Assembly (NCBI GenBank): GCA_964016885.1
Contig: OZ024743.1
Span: 140,368,001-140,432,000, forward strand
Source: Eledone cirrhosa
Lineage: Eukaryota
Direction of reading: 5' to 3'
DNA: 64,000 bases
The position numbers were made by a program, and so were the translations under genes. Each line of letters opens with the position of its first letter. Position 1 is the first letter of the stretch. Positions 58,601 through 64,000 of the stretch are shown in pieces. The notes below the pieces were generated by a model. The model ran no database searches and was not told the DNA's origin. It saw only the letters and a list, made by a program, of their open reading frames with translations.

Positions 58601-61600
58601 TTTGGTGCTTGGTCCTTGGTGTTTGGTGCTTGGTGTTTGGTGTTTGCTGTTTGGTGTTTGGTGTTTCGTGTTTGGTGTTTGCTGTTTGGTGTCTGCTTTT
58701 TGGTGTTTAGTGTTTGCTGTATGGTGTTTGGTGTTTGCTGTTTGGTGTTTGGTCTTTGGTGCTTGGTGTTTGGTGCTTGGTGCTTGGTGTTTGGTGTTTG
58801 GTGCTTGGTGCTTGGTGTTTGGTGTTTGGTGCTTGGTGTTTGGTGTTTGGTGCTTGGTGTCTGGTGCTTGGTGTTTGGTTTTTGGTGTTTGGTGTTTAGT
58901 GTTTGGTGCTTGGTGTTTGGTGTTTGGTGTTTGGTGCTTGGTGCTTGGTGTTTGGTGTTTGGTGTTTGGTGCTTGGTGTCTGGTGCTTGGTGTTTGGTGT
59001 TTGGTGCTTGGTGTTTGGTGTTTGGTGTTTGGTGCTTGGTGTCTGGTGCTTGGTGTTTGGTGTTTGGTGCTTGGTGTTTGGTGTTTGGTGTTTGGTGCTT
59101 GGTGCTTGGTGCTTGGTGTTTGGTGTTTGGTGCTTGGTGCTTGGTTTTTGGTGCTTGGTGCTGGGTGGTTGGTGTTTGGTGCTTGGTGTTAGGTGCTGGG
59201 TGCTTGGTGTTTGGTGCTGGGTGCTTGGTATTTGGTGCTTGGTGCTTGGTCTTTGGTGCTTGGTTTTTGGTGCTTGGTGCTTGGTGTTTGGTGCTTGGTG
59301 CTTGGTGTTTGGTGCTTGGTGCTTGGTGTTTGGTTTTTGGTGCTTGGTGCTTGGTGTTTGGTGTTTGGTGCTTGCTGCTGGCTGCTTGGTGTTTGATGCA
59401 TGGTGATTGGTGCTTGCTGTTTGGTGCTTGGTGTTTGGTGTTTGATGCTTGGTGCTTGGTGCTTGGTGTTTGGTGCTTGGTGCTTGGTGCTTGGTGTTTG
59501 GTGCTTCGTGTTTGGTGCTTGGTGTTTGGTGCTTGGTGCTTGGTGCTTGGTGCTTGGTGTTTGGTGGTTGGTGCTTGGTGCTTGGTGTTAGGTGTTTGGT
59601 GCTTGGTGCTTGCTGGTTGGTATTTGGTGCTTGGTGTTTGGTGCTGGGTGCTTGGTTTTTGGTGCTGGGTGCTTGGTGTTTGGAGCTTGGTGCTTGTTCT
59701 TTGGTGCTTTGTGTTTGGTGTTTGGTGCTTGGTGCTTGGTGTTTGGTGTTTGGTGCTTGGTGTTTGGTGCTTGGTGCTTGGTGTTTGGTTTTTGGTGCTT
59801 GGTGTTTGGTGTTTGGTGTTTGGTGCTTGCTGCTGGCTGCTTGGTGTTTGATGCATGGTGATTTGTGCTTGGTGTTTGGTGCTTGGTGTTTGGTGTTTGA
59901 TGCTTGGTGCTTGGTGTTTGGTGTTTGATGCTTGGTGCTTGGTGCTTGGTGTTTGGTGCTTGGTGTTTGGTGTTTGGTGCTTGGTCATTGGTGTTTCTAC
60001 TTGGTGCTTGGTGCTTGGTTCTTGGTGTTTGGTGCTTGGTGCTTGGTGTTTGGTGTTATATGCTTGGTGTTTGATGCTTGGTGCTTGGTGCTTGGTGTTT
60101 GGTGTTTGGTGTTAGATGCTTGGTGCTTGGTGTTTGGTGCTTGGTGCTTGGTGTTTGTACTTGGTGCTTGGTGCTTGGTGCTTGGTGTTTGGTGCTTGGT
60201 ATTTGGTGCTTGGTGCTTGGTGCTTGGTCCTTGGTGCTTGGTGTTTGGTGGTTGGTGTTTGGTGGTTGGTGTTAGGTGTTTGGTGCTTGGTGCTTGGTGT
60301 TTGGTGTTTGGTGCTTGGTGTTTGGTGTTTGGTGCTTGGTGTTTGGTGCTTGGTACTTGGTGCTTGGTGCTTGGTGTTAGGTGTTTGGTGCTTGGTGTTT
60401 GGTGCTTGGTGTTTGGTGCTTGGTGCTTGGTGCTTGGTGCTTGGTGTTTGGTGGTTGGTGTTTGGTGCTTGGTGTTTGGTGCTTGGTGTTACGTGTTTGG
60501 TGCTTGGTGCTTGGTGTTTGGTGTTTGGTGCTTGGTGTTTGGTGTTTGGTGCTTGGTGTTTGGTGCTTTTTGCTTGGTGCTTGGTGCTTGGTGTTTGGTG
60601 CTGGGTGCTTGGTGCTTGGTGTTTGGTGTTATATGCTTGGTGTTTGATGCTTGGTGCTTGGTGCTTGGTGTTTGGTGTTTGGTGCTTGGTGTTTGATGCT
60701 TGGTGTTTGGTGCTTGGTGTTTGGTGCTTGGTGCTTGGTGTTTGGTGCTTGGTGCTTGGTGCTTGGTGTTTGGTGCTTGGTGTTTGGTGCTTGGTGTTTG
60801 GTGCTTGGTGCTTGGTGCTTGGTGCTTGGTGTTTGGTGTTTGGTGCTTGGTGTTTGGTGCTTGGTACTTGGTGCTTGGTGCTTGGTGTTAGGTGTTTGGT
60901 GCTTGGTGCTTGGTGTCTGGTTTTTGGTGCTTGGTGCTTGGTGTTTGGTGCTTGCTGCTGGCTGCTTGGTGTTTGGTGCTTGGTGATTGGTGCTTGGTGT
61001 TTGGTGTTTGGTGCTAGGTGCTTGGTGTTTGGTGCTTGGTGCTTGGTGTTTGTACTTGGTGCTTGGTGCTTGGTTCTTGGTGTTTGGTGCTTCGTGCTTG
61101 GTGTTTGGTGCTTGGTGCTTGGTGTTTGGTGCTTGGTGTTTGGTGCCTGGTGTTTGGTGCTTGGTGCTTGGTGCTTGGTGTTTAGTGCTTGGTGTTTGGT
61201 GCTTGGTGTTAGGTGTTTGGTGCTTGGTGCTTGGTGTTTGGTGTTTGGTGCTTGGTGTTTGGTGTTTGGTGTTATATGCTTGGTGTTTGATGCTTGGTGC
61301 TTGGTGCTTGGTGTTTGGCGCTTGGTGTTTGATGCTTGGTGCTTGGTGCTTGGTGTTTGGTGCTTGGTGCTTGGTGTTTGTACTTGGTGCTTCGTGCTTG
61401 GTTCTTGGTGTTTGGTGCTTGGTGTTTGGTGTTTGGTGCTTGGTGTTTGGTGTTTGGTGTTATATGCTTGGTGTTTGATGCTTGGTGCTTGGTGCTTGGT
61501 GTTTGGTGCTTGGTGTTTGATGCTTGGTGCTTGGTGCTTGGTGTTTGGTGCTTGGTGCTTGGTGTTTGTACTTGGTGCTTGGTGCTTGGTTCTTGGTGTT

Positions 61601-64000
61601 TGGTACTTGGTGCTTGGTGTTTGGTGCTTGGTGCTTGGTGTTTGGTGCTTGGTGTTTGGTGCTTGGTGTTTGGTGCTTGGTGCTTGGTGCTTAGTGCTTG
61701 GTGTTTGGTGCTTGGTGTTAGGTGTTTGGTGCTTGGTGCTTGGTGTTTGGTGTTTGGTGCTTGGTGTTTGGTGCTTGGTGTTTGGTGTTAGGTGTTTGGT
61801 GCTTGGTGTTTGGTGTTTGGTGCTTGGTGTTTGGTGCTTGGTGTTTGGTGCTTGATGTTTGGTGCTTGATACTTGGTGCTTGGTGCTTCGTGTTAGGTGT
61901 TTGGTGCTTGGTGCTTGGTGTTTGGTTTTTGGTGCTTGCTGCTGGCTGCTTGGTGTTTGATGCTTGGTGATTGGTGCTTGGTGTTTTGTGCTTGGTGTTA
62001 GGTGTTTGGTGCTTGGTGCTTGGTGTTTGGTTTTTGGTGCTTGGTGCTAGGTGCTTGGTGTTTGGTGCTTGGTGCTTGGTGCTTGGTGTTTGGTGTTTGG
62101 TTTTAGGTGCTTGGTGCTTGGTGTTTGGTGCTTGGTGCTGGGTGGTTGGTGTTTAGTGCTTGGTGTTTGGTGCTGGGTGCTTGGTGTTTGGTGCTTGGTG
62201 CTTGGTCTTTGGTGCTTGGTGTTTGGTGTTTGGTGCTTGGTGCTTGGTGCTTGGTGTTTGGTGCTTGGTGCTTGGTGTTTGGTGCTTGGTGCTTAGTGTT
62301 TGGTGCTTGGTGCTTAGTGTTTGGTGTTTGGTGCTTGGTGCTTGGTGTTTGGTGCTTAGTGTTTGGTGCTTGGTGCTTGGTGTTTGGTGTTTGCTGTTTG
62401 CTGTTTGGTGTTTGTTGTTTGGTGTTTGTTGTTTGGTGTTTGCTGTTTGGTGTTTGGTGTTTGCTTTTTGGTGTTTGGTGTTTGCTGTATGTTGTTTGGT
62501 GTTTGGTGTTTGGTGTTTGGTGTTTGGTGCTTGTTGCTTGGTGTTTGGTGCTTGGTGCTTGGTGTTTGGTGCCTGGTGCTTGGTGCTTGGTGCTTGGTGT
62601 TTGGTGTTTGGTGCTTGGTGCTTGGAGTTTGGTGTTTGGTGCTTGGTGCTTGCTGCTGGCTGCTTGGTGCTTGGTGTTTGGTGCCTGGTGCTTGGTGCTT
62701 GGTGCTTGGTGTTTGGTGTTTGGTGCTTGGTGCTTGGAGTTTGGTGTTTGGTGCTTGGTGCTTGGTATTTCGTGTTTCGTGTTTGGTTGTTGGTGCTTGG
62801 TGCTTGGTGCTTGGTCCTTGGTGTTTGGTGCCGGGTGCTTGGTGTTTGGTGCTTGGTGCTTGGTCTTTGGTGCTTTGTGTTTGGTGCTTGGTGCTTGGTG
62901 TTTGGTGCTTGGTGCTTGGTGTTTGGTGCTTGGTGCTTGGTGTTTGGTTTTTGGTGCTTGGTGTTTGGTGTTTGGTGTTTGGTGCTTGCTGCTGGCTGCT
63001 TGGTGTTTGATGCATGGTGATTTGTGCTTGGTGTTTGGTGCTTGGTGTTTGGTGTTTGATGCTTGGTGCTTGGTGTTTGGTGTTTGATGCTTGGTGCTTG
63101 GTGCTTGGTGCTTGGTGCTTGGTGTTTGGTGCTTGGTGTTTGGTGTTTGGTGCTTGGTGATTGGTGTTTCTACTTGGTGCTTGGTGCTTGGTTCTTGGTA
63201 TTTGGTGCTTGGTGCTTGGTGTTTGGTGTTATATGCTTGGTGTTTGATGCTTGGTGCTTGGTGCTTGGTGTTTGGTGTTTGGTGTTTGATGCTTGGTGCT
63301 TGGTGTTTGGTGCTTGGTGCTTGGTGTTTGTACTTGGTGCTTGGTGCTTGGTGCTTGGTGTTTGGTGCTTGGTATTTGGTGCTTGGTGCTTGGTGCTTGG
63401 TCCTTGGTGCTTGGTGTTTGGTGGTTGGTGTTTGGTGGTTGGTGTTAGGTGTTTGGTGCTTGGTGCTTGGTGTTTGGTGTTTGGTGCTTGGTGTTTGGTG
63501 TTTGGTGCTTGGTGTTTGGTGCTTGGTACTTGGTGCTTGGTGCTTGGTGTTAGGTGTTTGGTGCTTGGTGTTTGGTGCTTGGTGTTTGGTGCTTGGTGCT
63601 TGGTGCTTGGTGCTTGGTGTTTGGTGGTTGGTGTTTGGTGCTTGGTGTTTGGTGCTTGGTGTTACGTGTTTGGTGCTTGGTGCTTGGTGTTTGGTGTTTG
63701 GTGCTTGGTGTTTGGTGTTTGGTGCTTGGTGTTTGGTGCTTTTTGCTTGGTGCTTGGGGCTTGGTGTTTGGTGCTGGGTGCTTGGTGCTTGGTGTTTGGT
63801 GTTATATGCTTGGTGTTTGATGCTTGGTGCTTGGTGCTTGGTGTTTGGTGTTTGGTGCTTGGTGCTGGGTGTTTGGTGCTTGGTGCTTGGTGTTTGGTGC
63901 TTGGTGTTTGGTGCTTGGTGTTTGGTGCTTGGTGCTTGGTGCTTGGTGCTTGGTGTTTGGTGTTTGGTGCTTGGTGTTTGGTGCTTGGTACTTGGTGCTT

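Larger units (their letters stand above)
1..64000 (+). repeat. 7-bp tandem satellite (TTGGTGY)n, G/T-rich on + strand, extending beyond both window edges
   Basis: Every line consists of TTGGTGC/TTGGTGT monomers with scattered variants. There is no orientation switch and no non-repeat insertion. The ORF track shows the same 7-aa period (21 bp = 3 monomers) in all frames. Confidence 0.99.
51070..64000 (+). repeat. More diverged satellite zone with mosaic ~2.9-3.3 kb higher-order units
   Basis: Offsets are 3228 (51103/54331, 51309/54537), 2852 (53780/56632), 3314 (57067/60381) and 3173 (60381/63554). Rare markers GTTACGTG (~60488/63661) and GTTTCTAC (~59993/63166) support the last offset. Copies differ by many variants and block indels. 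Confidence 0.8.

Noticed and set aside
56244-59192. 982-aa + strand ORF, and all other LVLGAWC-type ORFs, as membrane or Cys/Trp-rich proteins
   Set aside because: The same peptide appears in all three overlapping frames, there is no unique domain, and starts and stops come from sporadic variant monomers. DNA periodicity is 7, not a multiple of 3.
1-64000. CRISPR array or other repeat-spacer system
   Set aside because: There are no unique spacers, no constant 23-50 bp repeat and no cas or other genes. Sequence between marker motifs is the same 7-mer.
1-64000. Bacterial heptamer repeats (cyanobacterial STRR type) or a contingency locus
   Set aside because: Those are short tracts beside or within genes, whereas this window is 64 kb with no gene. 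The consensus also differs from STRR motifs such as CCCCA(A/G)T and TT(G/T)GTCA.
1-64000. Pure sequencing or basecalling artefact, or synthetic data-encoding DNA
   Set aside because: Rare variants are inherited in a nested, largely tree-consistent way across duplications of different ages, as expected for natural satellite evolution. Mis-assembly of the youngest duplications remains possible and is flagged in the findings.

Overview
The whole 64 kb window is one uninterrupted, single-orientation 7-bp satellite array, consensus (TTGGTGY)n, i.e. TTGGTGC and TTGGTGT intermixed (minus strand RCACCAA), about 9,100 monomers. I see no unique sequence, no credible protein gene, RNA gene, transposon or CRISPR array. 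All listed ORFs are artefacts of a stop-free 7-mer, which gives LVLGAWC/LVFGVWC in all three + frames and TKHQAPS/TKHQTPN in all three - frames. The real information is the higher-order structure. The C/T pattern and a fixed set of rare variant monomers (TATATGC, TAGGTGT, TTGATGC, TTGGTGG, TTGGTAC, CTGGTTT, TTGCTGC-TGGCTGC, TTTTTGC and a 6-bp TTGTAC) reveal nested tandem duplications of about 0.1-0.2, 0.9, 1.65, 2.6, 3.2, 3.6, 5.4, 10.8 and 12.2 kb. Breakpoints and relative order of several of these can be read from the sequence. The central ~6-51 kb is recently expanded and near-identical between copies, while 51-64 kb is more diverged. This architecture is typical of eukaryotic centromeric, pericentromeric or subtelomeric satellite, but the organism and function cannot be determined from this window. 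I did not find a gene-encoded novel system. Offsets were obtained by hand from marker motifs and from matching ORF coordinates, not by alignment.
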